From assembly GCA_964016885.1 (NCBI GenBank), contig OZ024742.1:310062001-310126000 (forward strand): a DNA stretch of 64,000 bases, given 5' to 3'. The position numbers were made by a program, and so were the translations under genes. This DNA is from Eledone cirrhosa. Lineage: Eukaryota. The notes under the pieces are model-generated. The model had not been told where the DNA came from and made no database searches. It worked only from the letters and a program-made list of their open reading frames with translations. Positions 30,660 through 44,554 of the stretch are shown piece after piece; the stretch's first letter is position 1, and the number at the start of each line of letters is the position of its first letter.

Positions 30660-30999
30660 TTATGCAAGATGAAAGATAAAACCCGTCAAAGTGCAGAGGA
30701 TCTAAGGAGAGTCAACCCAACGGCCATCCAATAATTTTTAATTTTTTTGAAGGGGGAAGTTGAGTGAGAGACCCCTAGAATTCATTAAGATATCTCTCTA
30801 GGTCACTCTGATGTAAAACCTGATAGTTAGTTTACATCCAATGATGTTGACCAATTCTACTTTTTGGGTAAATACATGCGATGTTCAATGAGTGGAATTG
30901 GCTTTCAGTGAAAAAAGCTTCAAGCACTGTCATCACTTGATATCTGACATCTTAATTAGCAAGCAGTGACTAGTTCTAAATTGTGAAATTTGAAAATAA

Positions 31000-31160
31000 T
31001 TGTTTCTACGTTTGGCACAAGTCCAGCAATTTATTTTATCGACCCCGTAAGGATGAAAGGCAAAGTTAACCTCAGCGGGATTTGAACTCAGAATGGCAAG
31101 GGCCGTAACTCTATACGTCAAAGCATGGCGTCCGACCCTCTACCGATACTGCCAATCCAC
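31000..31160 (-). mobile_element. tRNA-derived SINE (family B, Meta-domain-like core)
   Basis: Minus head GGATTGGCAGTATCGGTAGAG, B-box GAGTTCAAATCC, CCTTTCATCCTTACGGGGTCGATAAAAT. Confidence 0.85.
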
Positions 31161-32267
31161 TTGAAAATAATATTCCATGTTTAAGAAATGCAAATTAAAC
31201 GGCAATTCAATGCAAACGAAAGCGAAGATATTGCAAATATACACACAAGCTTAACTCTTTTCTAGAACAACACTCCTCCTCCCTGCTTTGTAACGTTTGA
31301 CATTATTCCATGTGACTTATATTACTGGGTTTTCAAGTCCACTATATTAAGCATATATAACGTTTATATATCTAATGTCTATAACAGTGTTGTACGTACG
31401 TTTGGTATGGTGGACCCCCAACTTTGTTTTCACTAATAAATAATGCAGAGCCTTTTGTTTAAATCTTTTCTTACAGTATTGCTCTCACTTGTAGTAATCC
31501 TGTTTTTATCTCTTAAACCCGATTCCTTCTTTCTTTAGATATTTATCTCGTATAAGGAATATACCCTTTCAATTTGCACTTTCTCAGAACCCTTAGATAT
31601 GACTTGCAGATATTCCCCAGAGATATATCCATGAAGTCTGGGGTAATGAAAGACTGTTGTGGCTGGTTATATTAAATTTTCCTTCGTATCATTTAATGCA
31701 TTACGCATATAACATTGTTTTAAATATATTATTGTTATCAGCAGAATAGACAGACAAAATGATTTACTGGGGGGATTTACTTATGTCCGTTTACATTCTG
31801 AGTTCAAATTCGGCCGAGAGAAACTAAGTATCATTTATGTATTACAGTCGATATACTTAACTATGCTCTCTTTCTTCTTCATTGTAGAATGTTTTACGTT
31901 GTGCCTATGTTAGAAGCCATTATTGCTTGGGTGTTAGATAACTCAGTCTATAGAACACTGGATAAAATGTATTGAGATATTTAGCTATGTTATTTAACAT
32001 TCTGTGTTCCAATCCTTCTGGAATAGATCCCCCCCCCCATATTATTCTTACGGAGCCGATAAAATAAAGTACTACTCAAGTATTAGCATTGATTTGATCG
32101 ACCTCTTGCCCTTCGAAGTTTCTGAGCTTTGTATATGTTAGAAACAATTGATATTATAATCATATAAAAATCATATAAAATCACATTGTCGACAAAATAA
32201 ACTATCAGTCAAGTACTGGTCGATAATTCCATTCTCTCCAAAATTCCCAAATTAGAAACCATTATAA

Positions 32268-32446
32268 TTGTTTCTACTTTTGGCACAAGGCCAGCAATTA
32301 CCCAGTACATTACTGGTACTTTATTTTATCGACCCCGTAAGGATGAAAGGAAAAGTTAACCTCGGCGGGATTTGAACTCAGACCGTAAAGGGAGTAACTA
32401 TGCTGGAAAGCATGGCATCCGACTCTCTACTGATACTGCCAATCTA
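32268..32446 (-). mobile_element. SINE (family B)
   Basis: Near-complete copy of the 31000/47584/56912 family. Confidence 0.85.
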
Positions 32447-32603
32447 ATGTTATAAAACATATCCTTAAATGTCATATATCAGGACACACATGGGGCGAAA
32501 CAACAACGAGAATGGTTATTATTATACGTTTGTCATCATAAAGGCTGTCTGATATAATCTGGAAATTTTCTTGTATTAATGGATCTCTAAAGACATACAC
32601 TCT

Positions 32604-32831
32604 GGCTAGATCTGGATATCTAGTGAGCAGTTGTTCTGAGAAACCATATAGATCAAATGTATTCTCTACTTCATTGTATGGCTAGATGTAGACATCAGGT
32701 GAATAGTTGTACTGATAAACCACAGAGATCAAGTGTGTTCTCTACTTCATTGTATCACTAGGTCTGGACACCTTATGAGCAGATATTCTGATGAACCGTA
32801 AAAATCAAATAGTTTGTCTACATCACTTTAT
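32604..32831. repeat. 76-bp tandem repeat, 3 diverged copies
   Basis: GGCTAGAT...CTCTACTTCATTGTAT units starting at 32604, 32680 and ~32756. Confidence 0.8.
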
Positions 32832-33199
32832 GAAATTCCTGGGTTTCCAACGCTTGAGAATGCAATGCCTATGTGTAGCAATTATCAGTTTTTTAGTTTC
32901 AATTCACAAGATCAGTTCGCTTTGACTACTTATAATAGATCCAACGAGAACACATGTTCACGCGACCTGTTTGAAATAGAAGCCGAATTTCCCCTAGATC
33001 AAGACCTACTCAAGAATGTAGTCCCAGATATTTATACAAAGAAGGAGTTATGACGATTGAAATAACTTTCATGATCAGCCTGCTTGATCAGCGTTAATCT
33101 TTAACTGGACGACAACAACATCAATGGTGGAATGGACCTTCGACGGTTTCAACAGTGAGGATACCTTTAGTTCAACTAACTTAACTTACTCATGGCATT

Positions 33200-33475
33200 A
33201 AAATATCAATGACCGAACAGTCCACAGACACGTGCATACTTAGTGTACTCCTCGGGGAAATTCAGCTTAATAGTGTGTGTGGCAAGGCCGGCACTTTGAA
33301 TTACAAATACAGTTCATCTGACGAACTTCCAAACAGTTTCCGTCTACTAATTTTCACTCACAAGACATGGATCGACCCGAGGCTATGGTAAATGATGCTT
33401 ACCTACGACAGCCCGTAGTGTGATCGAACCCAGAACTTATTGATTGCGAGGCGAACTTCTTAACCGCACGACCAT
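33200..33475 (-). mobile_element. tRNA-derived SINE with family A-like 3' half
   Basis: Minus head with GGTTCGATC B-box, ATAGCCTCGGGTCGA..GTAGACGGAAACTG core, then a segment homologous to 775-870; similar copies at 34720-34860 and 55930-56200. Confidence 0.7.
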
Positions 33476-33695
33476 GTTATATCTATTAGTAAGTACAATA
33501 AGACTAACATTACCTAGTGTTGTTGTTTTAATGTTGTACTAGTGGGAGTAAAGAGTAGCTAGTTTATAAAATATGTTGAAAATTTAAAACAAAATATTTT
33601 CAAAAATGGGCTCACAGGTAAATGTGTGTCTGTGTGACAATATTTATATACATATATAATACACACTTAAAGACACACACACACACACACTCACC

Positions 33696-33729
<34 letters not shown>

Positions 33730-34019
33730 ATACATACTATATTCTCGTAATAACATCTACCTATGACTTCTTGAAGGGCTTCGTGGGGTTTAATATTTTT
33801 AGATGAAAACCGGTATTTTTCATTACTTATAACAGGTTTTATCATATAGTAACAAAAACTGTCCAGTGTTGATCATGGAAACATACAAAACACACACACA
33901 CCACACACACACACACATATATATGTATATATATGTGTATATATATATATGTATATATATATATATGTATATATATATATGTATATACATATATATATAT
34001 GTATATATACATATATATA

Positions 34020-34114
<95 letters not shown>

Positions 34115-34136
34115 GTATATATATATGTATATAAAC

Positions 34137-34224
<88 letters not shown>

Positions 34225-34246
34225 ATCTATCTATATATATATACTT

Positions 34247-34351
<105 letters not shown>

Positions 34352-35647
34352 TAGAAAGAAATTCTTCCGACTGTGATTTTCTTAATACATATAATTGTAT
34401 TTTCGTTTTGTTCACATAAGCTAATAAACAAAACATTTACTTCATAATATCTAGAATTTTTACGTTGTCTGTTTTTTTTCTTCTATTTCTAGCAATATTT
34501 GTTATAGAAAACGAAACACAGAAAAGAACTCACTCGCACAAAAAATTAATCTTCCTTCGGCGTGTTACATATTTTTATAAAAATATTTTTCTGTTGTCAT
34601 CATATAACAAAAATTCTCTTATTGATATTTAATATACCATATTATCATTATAATGTATCATACTCTGAGTTGTGTTTTCGACGACAAATGCTCTAGTTGT
34701 TCAAATAATAGAACAGCTTGGGTGTGTGACTGAGCGTTCCACAGACACGTGGACATCTGACGGGCTTCAAAACAATTTCTGTCTACCCAGTTTTAGTAAC
34801 AAGGCATGGGTCAATCGGAGGCTATGGATAAATGACACTTACTCAATATGCCATGAGATAGCTTCATAAATTTTATTCATTCCCCAACAGTGGATTGGCA
34901 CTATCGGTAGAGCGAAATTACTGATCTTGTGCCTTTATCAGAAATCGTTATTAAATAAAGAAATTAAGACTCAAGATGGCGTCTAGTATCTAAACAGTCT
35001 CGTGTTAGATGAGATTTCAAAATTCTTTTTACGCTGGGGAAATAACTTATTAGTGTGTTAAAAATTGACTTCTAATTTAACCAAAGGCCAGCAATTTTCA
35101 TGACATATGTTACGCAAAAAATCTTTTGAAAGTTTTATGGCAATTATTTAATATATATTATTCCAAGGAGTAATTTTTTCTTCACAAATCTTTATTTGTT
35201 CGCCTCCAAACAAAATGGACTGAAAATATAATTAAAAAATAAAGCATCTCTAAACGAGTTAAAAGAACTTAAAGGTTCACAGGGAGATAATTTCATGAAG
35301 TAAACGTGACTTAGTGAAAAATAAAGCAAATGAAAATAGGATATATGAAGAACAGGTCAAATAAACAGTGGAGCAAAAATAATTTCTTTTTTTAAAATGA
35401 AAATTTAATTAATTTACGAAAAAATATATATATTTTTTATCATTCTTAATTGAAGTGACATTTAAAAAGAAAAGAAGAGAAAATCCTATTATAATCGTTG
35501 TGAGGAAGCTGCAATGTTGAATTTAATAAACCACTCTGCTACCATTATCTCTGTTTGTAAACCATCGCGTATCATCAGTCATTGCATTGTATGACTTATT
35601 CCACTGACTAAACTACATTCGCACATATATATAAGCACATAAAGGCT

Positions 35648-35687
<40 letters not shown>

Positions 35688-35763
35688 CATGGTATCCAAA
35701 AAATGTAAACACACATTTATTAGAATGCTGTTGAAGTGTATATACATTTCTTTGGACACCCGG
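35688..35763. mobile_element. Tc1/mariner MITE (internally shortened)
   Basis: TIRs similar to 18467-18566; TA flanks. Confidence 0.65.
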
Positions 35764-35795
<32 letters not shown>

Positions 35796-35887
35796 AGTGT
35801 GTGTGTGTGTGTGTGCGCGTGCGCGTGTGTGTGTGCGCTCATGTGTGTGTGCGTGTGTGTGCATGTGTGTATGTGCGTTCGTGTGCA

Positions 35888-35920
<33 letters not shown>

Positions 35921-36427
35921 GTGTGTGTGTATGTGTGTGTGTGTGTGTGTGTGCGTGTGTGTATACCAATAGTCTTGCCAACTCAGGTCAGGACATTTAA
36001 GAATTTGCAGTGCTGATGTGTATAATCAATTGATATAGACTGTCATCCACTTGTGTGGAACTATATATATGTATATATATGTATATATATATATATATAT
36101 ATACCCCCCCCCCCCAACACACACACTCATACACCCACACACACCCACACATATATAGCGTGTATTACACAGAAAAAGAGAGAGAAAGAGAGAGGGAAAT
36201 TTAATTAAAATATAAGTGTGAATATGTAAATATATACCTATAGGTGAGTATATTTATATATATATAATGTAGGAGGTGAGTTTTGTTGTAGCACAATAAA
36301 ACAATGCAAATATCGGATAAGTAGCACTCTACAGTTTGTAGGACTGGAGTATAAATAATATAAGATCAAAAGATGGTTAAAAGAGTTCCTTGTATTTTAT
36401 TATGCGCATTTCAAAAACAAAAATCAT

Positions 36428-38792
36428 CATTCCTATACCTGGTAAATCTGAATTCACTAAACTTCTGATTGAAAAAATTGACTCTTTTGTGAGAAGGCTT
36501 AGATGGATCGCTTTTTTCCATGACCAGCGCCAAAAAGGAAATTACTATACTAAGGGACATAACACTTTCGATCATTTATTTAACTCTAGAAGAAATCCTC
36601 CTTCCAACAAAAATCTAGCGCAGTTTGAGGTAGAATTAACTAATATTAAAAGAGGACTTAAATTCAAGAGAAACCCTTATAGAGGACAGGAGCACCTTAT
36701 AAATCTCAGGAATACTATTTTAAACCTTAATTCCTCTAAAAATGTCATAGTCCACTCCGACAAAACTAATAATTTATATGGCGTATCTAAAGATAAGTAT
36801 AATAACCTTATCCTTAAGGAAGTAAGGAAGAATTATCGTAAAACTAACCATGACAATTTGGAATCTATAAACTTGGAAGCTTTTGAGATTATGTCTAAAC
36901 TTGGCATTGAGAAAAAGACCGAACCATTCTTCCCAAGAACTCCGAGGATAAATCTCAAGGATCACAAAAGTAACTTTCGAACGGAACTGCCTATTAGACT
37001 AATCGCCTCCTCTAAATCAGATCTGGGGTTGTTAGTAAAGCCATCTTGGATAGAATTATCCCACAGGTTCGTTCTAATTGCTCTATTTCTAACTTAAATT
37101 TATGGATTGGTACATTTGAAGTAATTGGCTGGTTCAATAACCTGAATAAGAAAAACAAACAAAAATTTATTCAGTTTGATATTGCCAGCTACTATTTCGC
37201 ATTCACTCCTCAAAAACGCTCTATCTTTCGCATTTAAATATTCTGACATTACCACAGATGAACTTTACATCATTCTCACCGCAAGAAAAAACTATCTTGG
37301 AATTCAACAATGAATATTGGACTAGAGCTGATACCTCCAACAATTTTGATATCACAATCGGTGCTTCCGATTCATCGCAATTGACTGATTTGATTGGTAT
37401 CTTTATTTTGAATTCTTTAAATCGGAAAATTCCTCAACTTTGCGGTGGAATTTATTGTGACGATGCCCTTTTTACTGTCTTAAACTGCAATTTAGTTAAC
37501 CTTAATATTATTAAGAACAATATACGTGATCTACTTAAGCACTATAACCTTAAAATTGAATTTGATAACAACGTCAAACTAGCTAACTTCTTGGATATAT
37601 CCCTTAATCCTGACACTGGCCTATATTACCCTTACCATAAAGACAATGAGAATCTAAATTATGTTAATTTTAAATCTAACCACCCCACTAACGTTAAAAA
37701 TGCTATAGTCAGTATATTGAAAAAAGAATCTCAAATATATCCTCTAATAAATATATCTTCGACGCTAATTCCAATTACTATAATAATGCGCTTTCCAGAA
37801 CCGGTTATCCTGATAAAATTAAATACAGTAAAGAAACCAATCATCGAAGGTCTTATAGTAAAATAGTTAATTATGAACATTCCAATAACTTAAATAAAAG
37901 ACCTAGATACAAAAATTATAATTGGGTATAATGCTCCCTTTTCTCTATCTATTAATAATAATATTCCTAAACTATTCTTTAGGGCCTTAGATAAATGCTT
38001 CCCTCCCTCACATATCTATAGTAAAATCTTTAGCAAACATAGAATCAAATTTTCTTATTCCACCACTTCCAAGATCTCTAACATTTTCTCTAAACACAAC
38101 AATAAAATATTAAATAATAAATTACATCCTTCCAACACTGAGCGTCATAATATTAGCAACAGTAATCCTGACGTCATTGTTAACTCTAGGCTAGATTCTG
38201 TAAATTTAAATACGACGTCAAACGTAACTTCGTTGAATGTTCATAATACCAATGTAAATCAGGAAACTATAGTTCCTATCGTAAATAACTTCTCCAATCC
38301 AATTCCTTCTATAAATAATACTAGGTCACTTGTTAATAACTCTGTTAATTTCTCTAATCGTAATTGTAATTGCCCTGTTAGAACTAAATGTCCTCTTAAT
38401 AACCAATGTCTTGATAAAAACTTAGTGTATGAATGTAAGGTTATAACTGATACTAATTCTTTTTCCTATTTCGGTTCACTTCCACTTCCTTTAAAGCAAG
38501 ATTTTATAATCACAAATCGTCTTTTAAATACCAACTTAAAAGAACTAACACGGCACTCTCTGAACTCATATGGTCCTTAAAAGACAAAAATATTAACTAT
38601 AACATCTCTTGGAGGAAGGTTTGCACCGCCTTTCCTTATCTGAATTCTTCCCTATCCAGAACATGTAATCTCTGCCTAGCCGAGAAATTTACCATTATAT
38701 CTAATTTTAATTCTATAATAAATAGACGCACGGATTTATTTTCGTTCTGCTTGCATAAATCCCATAGAACATTCCATAAAGTATACAGCTAA
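36428..38792 (+). pseudogene. PLE RT + GIY-YIG ORF (frameshifted, YCDD)
   Basis: ORF pieces 36390-37097, 37046-37237, 37258-37866, 38233-38580; ends FHKVYS* at 38792. Confidence 0.9.
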
Positions 38793-39770
38793 TATCTTAC
38801 TACCTAATTAGTTTAAAATGTTCTTTTCTCAAAGGCTTTTATATCTTTTACAAATATAACCATCTTTCTACCTTATCTCAGTATTATATATTATATAATA
38901 CAATTTACTCATTCTATGTCGTTGTGATCCCCTATCTTTCTTCTTTTTTATCATTTTCCCTTTCTTCCTTTTTTTCTTTTTTAATTTCTAATCTCTAATC
39001 TGTAACTTTTACTTCCCAACCACTTCTCAATTCATATTATTACTCACTACAGCATTATCCATTTTTCCATTTTCCCTCATATTATTGGCCATTAAAACTA
39101 TATTTTTCTTAATATATTATAATATTACCATTAGAAAATTTTCGTAAAAACATATACTTTTTGACGTTAGATATTTGTTCTTCCTTAAACTTTCTTTTTT
39201 CTTCTCTCCTTCCGTGCTCGTTTACATATTACAATACATAAAAACAAACTTAAACCCTAACTAATTCCTCTAAGTTCATAATTCATTTATTCTTCTCCTT
39301 CTTTCACATTATATCCTTAATATCATTAATATTTTTATTATAATAATACATATTAATAAATTCTTTTTTTTCGCACATATTATTAAACCCTTCAATATAC
39401 AAACCTTAATTTAATACTATTTTTAATTCCTTTTTCTTCATGCATAAACCTCATTAACTTTTAATTTCAAAATCTTTTAAATTATCTATTATCTTCCAAC
39501 GGTTTTTTAATTTCTCTCTGTGAGACAATGTTTTCTCAGTTGTAAAGACTATCTCTCTCTCTCTATCACTCATTTCTCCTCCTCTCTCCTCCTTCCTTCT
39601 TATACTCCTCCCCCACCATCCTTTATTTTCCTTTTCTTCCTCTTCCTTACCTTTTCCTACACCCCCCTCATTTTTCCCAATCTCATATATCCATCTTAGT
39701 TTATTTTTCATATGTTGATCTAAAACTTCACTCCTCACAAGTGTTTTTTAAGCTTCATATCATGTCTTAC

Positions 39771-39841
39771 TATTTTATCTGATGAGAACGCAGATATCAT
39801 CCCATGATGATATTTGTTTTTGAAATGCGCATAATAAAATA
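39771..39841 (+). ncRNA. Type I hammerhead ribozyme
   Basis: Perfect stem I TATTTTAT/ATAAAATA, CTGATGA, long stem II, GAAA, palindromic ATGCGCAT, predicted cleavage after A39833. Confidence 0.92.
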
Positions 39842-39871
39842 CTTGGAACTCTTTTAACCATCTTTTGATCT

Positions 39872-39916
<45 letters not shown>

Positions 39917-40040
39917 GTAATAAACACCACAATACAATTATTACATTTACCAAAGGTTTCACGAAGACAGGCGATCTCAACAGAGACGTCTGAAATCGTT
40001 CATCACGAAAATACTTCATATATATATATATATATATATA

Positions 40041-41924
40041 TAATATAAGATCAAAAGATGGTTAAAGGAGTTCAATATATTTTATTATGCGCATTTCAAA
40101 AACAAACATCATCAAACAATAATATTTGTGTTTTCATCAGATAAAACAGGAGAACATGATATGAAGGCTAAAAAAACACTTGTTGATAGTGTAGTTTTAA
40201 ATCAACATATGAAAAGTGGTTTTAGATTGATGTGTGATATTGGGAAAAATATTTTATTTAGAGAGGGGGGGAGAGAAAAGGATGAAAAGGGAAGGAGATG
40301 AGAGGGAGAGATGGGTGATAGAGAGAAAGAGATAGTTTTTATAACTGAGAGGAGATATATTTTATATAGAGGGGTTGAAAACCGTTGGAAGATACTGTAT
40401 AAATTAAAAATTTTGAAAATTAACGAAGGGAGGATATGTGCGAGGAAAAAATATATTATATTTAGGGAGGGGTGGGGGTGGAAAGGATGAAAAAAAGGGG
40501 AGGAGATGAGAGTGAAGGTGGAAAGGGAGAGATGGGTGATAGAGAGAAAGAGATAGTTTTTATAACTGAGAAAAAGATATAATGTTTTAATATAGAGAGG
40601 TTGGGAACCGTTGGAAGATAATGTATAAATTAAAGGAATTTGAAAATTAACGAAGGGAAATTATGTATGGAGATAGAGAGAAAAAAATAACGAAGGGAAA
40701 TTATGTATGGAGATAGAGAGAAAAAAATAATAATTGTGGGTGAATATTCTAACGTCAAAAGAAGAAATGTAGGAATTTTAAAATTAGCAAAGAGAAAAAG
40801 TTTATGTGTGGAAGGATTTGAGAAAAATAATGTGAAGTTAAAGTTTTTATATTGAATTCATATGTATTAATAATGAGTTCGTTGATGGGGAGAAAAAAAT
40901 AATAATAAATTAAGGATGAAATTGAGATTAAAAAGATTTATGATAGAGAGAAAAAATAATAATGATTGCGGATGAATACTCAAAATGTCAAAAACAAATG
41001 TTATTGTTTTACGAGGAGATATAATGAGGGTGATGAGTAAACGGGTATTATAGAGTGTATAATGCCCTTTAAAGTAAGGTAGATGGGTATATTTTAAAGA
41101 ATATATGAGTATATATTAAAAAAAATATATAATAATAAATTAAGGATGAAATTGAGATTAAAAAGATTTATGATAGAGGGAAAAAATAATAATGATTGCG
41201 GATGAATATTCAAAATGTCAAAAACAAATGTTATTGTTTTACGAGAAGATAGGATGAGGGTAATGAGTAAACGAGTATTATAGAGTGTATAATGCCCTTT
41301 AAAGTAAGGTAGATGGGTATATTTTAAAGAGGTGTATGTATATGTGCCTTTGAGAAAAGATTCTAAATTGATAAAGAATTGAATATTAACTGTATACTTT
41401 GTGAAAAGTTCTATGGAATTTATGCAGGCAGATGGAAAACAAATCCGAGCGTCTATTTATTATGGATTCTAGGTTAGAGATAATGGTAAATTTTTCATTT
41501 AGGCAGAGATTACAGATTTTAGATAGAGAGCTGTTCAAGTACGAGGATGCAGAAGAAATCTTTTTCCAAAAGATGTTATATTTAATGTTTTTGTCTTTTA
41601 AGGACCATATGAGTTCTGAGAGAGCAGTGTTAGTTCTTTTAAGTTTGTATTTGAAAGATGAATGATGATTATAGAGACGAGCTTTAAAAGAGGTGGAAGT
41701 GGAGCCAAAATAGGTGAAGGAATTGGTGCTAGTTATAATTTTACATTCATAAATTAAGTTTTTATCGAGGCAATGGTTGTTGAGAGGACATTTATTTTTA
41801 ATGCGGCAGTTGCAATTAACCATCTTTTGATCTTATATTATGCATACTCCAGTCCCACAAACTGTAGAGTGCTTCTTATCCGATATCTGCATTGCTTTAT
41901 TGTACTACAATAAAACTCACCTCC

Positions 41925-41928
<4 letters not shown>
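40041..41928 (-). mobile_element. 5'-truncated PLE copy 3 (divergent subfamily) with inverted tail arm
   Basis: Open GIY-YIG segment 41386-41820 (-), 3' UTR with internal tandem duplications, hammerhead; plus-strand arm 41817-41928 ends CTCCTACA|(TA)n. Confidence 0.9.
40078..40148 (-). ncRNA. Type I hammerhead ribozyme
   Basis: Minus: TGTTTTAT-CTGATGA-aaacACAAATATTAT..ATGATGTTTGTtttt-GAAA-TGCGCA-TA-ATAAAATA. Confidence 0.88.
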
Positions 41929-41985
<57 letters not shown>

Positions 41986-41988
<3 letters not shown>

Positions 41989-42706
41989 TAGAATGAACAC
42001 TTCATTCTTGCTCTTGTGTTGGCATGCAACACAATACAATTATTCAATTTACCAAAGGTTGAACTCGCCTGTCTTCGTGAAACCTTTGGTAAATGGAATA
42101 ATTATATTGTGTTGCATGCCAACACAAGAGCAAGAATGAAGTGTTCATTCTACTGAAATAGCTAAAAAATTGAGGCTTGTTTGCATAATTACAAACGGAT
42201 CGAATGTTATTAATATTCGAAAACCTCAGATTACATTTATTGTATTCAGCCACGTTGAGCGAAATTTTCCTTTTTATTTGAATTTGGCAAAGCCGGCCAT
42301 TTATCGCTCGTATACAGGAAACTGACTGGCCAGTCTGCTGATATGCAAATCTGGCTGATCAGTGGATCTGCTAATATGCAGATCTGACTGATCGGCCAGT
42401 CTGCTAATATGCAAATCAGGCCAATCAGTCACTGTGCATTTTTGAAAATAGCATATATTTTCACTAGCTCTGACAGTTTGGCAGGTGAACAGAGAGGTGT
42501 ACTGATGAAGAGTGATACTCGGAAATATTAGTGTCTGCAGTTCTGTTCGCATGCCAACACAAGAGCAAGAATGAAGTGTTCATTCTACTGACATGGCTAT
42601 AAAATTGAGGGTTGTTTGCATAATTGCAAACGAATCGAATGTTATTATTAATATTCGAAAAACTCAGATTGAATTTGTTGTATTCAGCCATGTAGAGCAA
42701 AATTTT

Positions 42707-42710
<4 letters not shown>
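41986..42710. mobile_element. Fold-back PLE-type remnant with multibranch tail
   Basis: Inverted arms ~41987-42060/42080-42155, tail duplicated at 42550-42710; related to 39915-40015. Confidence 0.6.
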
Positions 42711-42765
<55 letters not shown>

Positions 42766-42769
<4 letters not shown>

Positions 42770-43362
42770 TGTATATATTGAGTTAGAAACTCAAAATAGT
42801 CTCTTACAATTAAATAGCTCAAAGAAAGAAGTTTTTCTGAGCCGTGTAATATAATTGAATATACAAGAGAGGTAAACACAAATATAAACATACATGTGTT
42901 CGAATTGTAAGGGACCAAGTTCGCGAAGGTGAAAAAAATATTGTCGGCTCCTTCTTTCGAGCTAATTTAAATGTATCTAAACTCGGCTGCTATTTTTAGC
43001 AGCGTATGTTTATGAGAGACACTAGGTTCTGATGCGATGTTCGTTATTTTATATTCGCACTCTATTCAGTCTTCTGATATACTTAGAAGTGGAGGGATAC
43101 TAATTTTTACACCCACTGAAGAGCAGAAAATTGGTAATTTCCATGGCTAAATAAATTGCGTAACAGCTACCAAAGCTGTCTCAGTGTTCGGGCAGTTGCC
43201 CAATATAGGTTTGTTTTTCTTTTTCTTGATTAATTACTTTAAATTGAGTCTGGCAAACCATATTGTTATAGTTAGTATTTTTTTCACCTTAGCGAAATTG
43301 GTCCCTTACAATTCGAACACATGTATGTTTATATTTGTGTTTACCTCTCTTGTATATTCAAT
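42766..43362. mobile_element. Head-to-head PLE-type remnant (family G)
   Basis: Terminal inverted arms 42850-42940/43275-43362; long tail left with bulged hairpin 42817-42842; relative at 44640-45020. Confidence 0.6.
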
Positions 43363-43368
43363 CATATA

Positions 43369-43413
<45 letters not shown>

Positions 43414-43531
43414 TTATATTTATATATATATAATATTAATAATACTGCAGATAAATTGTGTAGAGTGCTTCTAATCTGTTGTAAAATTAACTTTGTTGAA
43501 CAATCAACAAACCATATAACTCATTGTTTAT

Positions 43532-43589
<58 letters not shown>

Positions 43590-43722
43590 GTAGAAGTTAT
43601 ATTTAAATTGTTGGGATAACAACAAGCAAATATTTTTATAACTGATATAAAGCACTCAACAAATTATTGAAGTAAAAATACGATATATTAACAAATGGAA
43701 ACTATATTTATAAAACCATATT

Positions 43723-43787
43723 TATTTCATTATACATATTTCAAGGACACCAAGTCAAATTATGGTGCGCTTTCATCAGATAAAATA
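43723..43787 (-). ncRNA. Type I hammerhead ribozyme
   Basis: Reverse complement of 43933-43997. Confidence 0.85.
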
Positions 43788-43932
43788 TAATATAGATCAG
43801 TTTTATAAATAAATATTGACATACCCTTAAAGAATGCGACCATTTCTGTTGGAAGCTCCCGGATAGTCCAACAGAAATGGTCGCATTCTTTAAGGGTATG
43901 TCAATATTTATTTATAAAACTGATCTATATTA

Positions 43933-43997
43933 TATTTTATCTGATGAAAGCGCACCATAATTTGACTTGGTGTCCTTGAAATATGTATAATGAAATA
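43933..43997 (+). ncRNA. Type I hammerhead ribozyme
   Basis: TATTTTAT-CTGATGA-aagcGCACCA..TGGTGTcctt-GAAA-TATGTA-TA-ATGAAATA. Confidence 0.85.
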
Positions 43998-44038
43998 AAT
44001 ATGGTTTTATAAATATAGATTCCATTTGTTAATATATC

Positions 44039-44127
<89 letters not shown>

Positions 44128-44482
44128 AACCCGCGGTGTCCCCAAAAATGTATACACACTTTGACTACCTGCACAGGCAATATTTATTCGAATGCTGTTG
44201 ATGTGTGTATACATATATATAATATAAAGTGGAGGCCAAATATGTTGAATTTCCTTTTTTTTTTATTTCTTCAGACGCTATGCACATTTTAGTGACCAGG
44301 TTGCGTAAGAATTTTAACGTATATAGATATATATATATATATAGATCGATATATACATATATATATAACAACGTATCTAATAGGGTATCTAATACGTTAA
44401 TAAAGATGAAGCATATTTATTTTGTATCTAAATGATTTCTACTGGCCTAAAGCTGTTTCATTCGTATGATATCATTTGGAAT

Positions 44483-44554
<72 letters not shown>

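Larger units (their letters stand above)
36268..39878 (+). mobile_element. Penelope-like retroelement (Naiad-type) copy 2
   Basis: Inverted tail+pLTR arm 36268-36430 fused via CAT microhomology to the ORF (IPIPGKS); collinear with copy 1; ends GATCTTATATTA|(TA)n. Confidence 0.93.
43589..44039. mobile_element. Head-to-head PLE pLTR remnant (family C)
   Basis: ~170-bp near-perfect inverted arms around ~43860; long tail left, short end right; two hammerheads. Confidence 0.85.

Noticed and set aside
32814-33053. 79-aa ORF as a host exon
   Set aside because: No recognisable domain or splice support; starts inside a tandem repeat
36390-36430. N-terminus MYFIMRISKTKII of ORF 36390-37097
   Set aside because: Artefact of the inverted pLTR fused in frame; the true start corresponds to 24682 in copy 1
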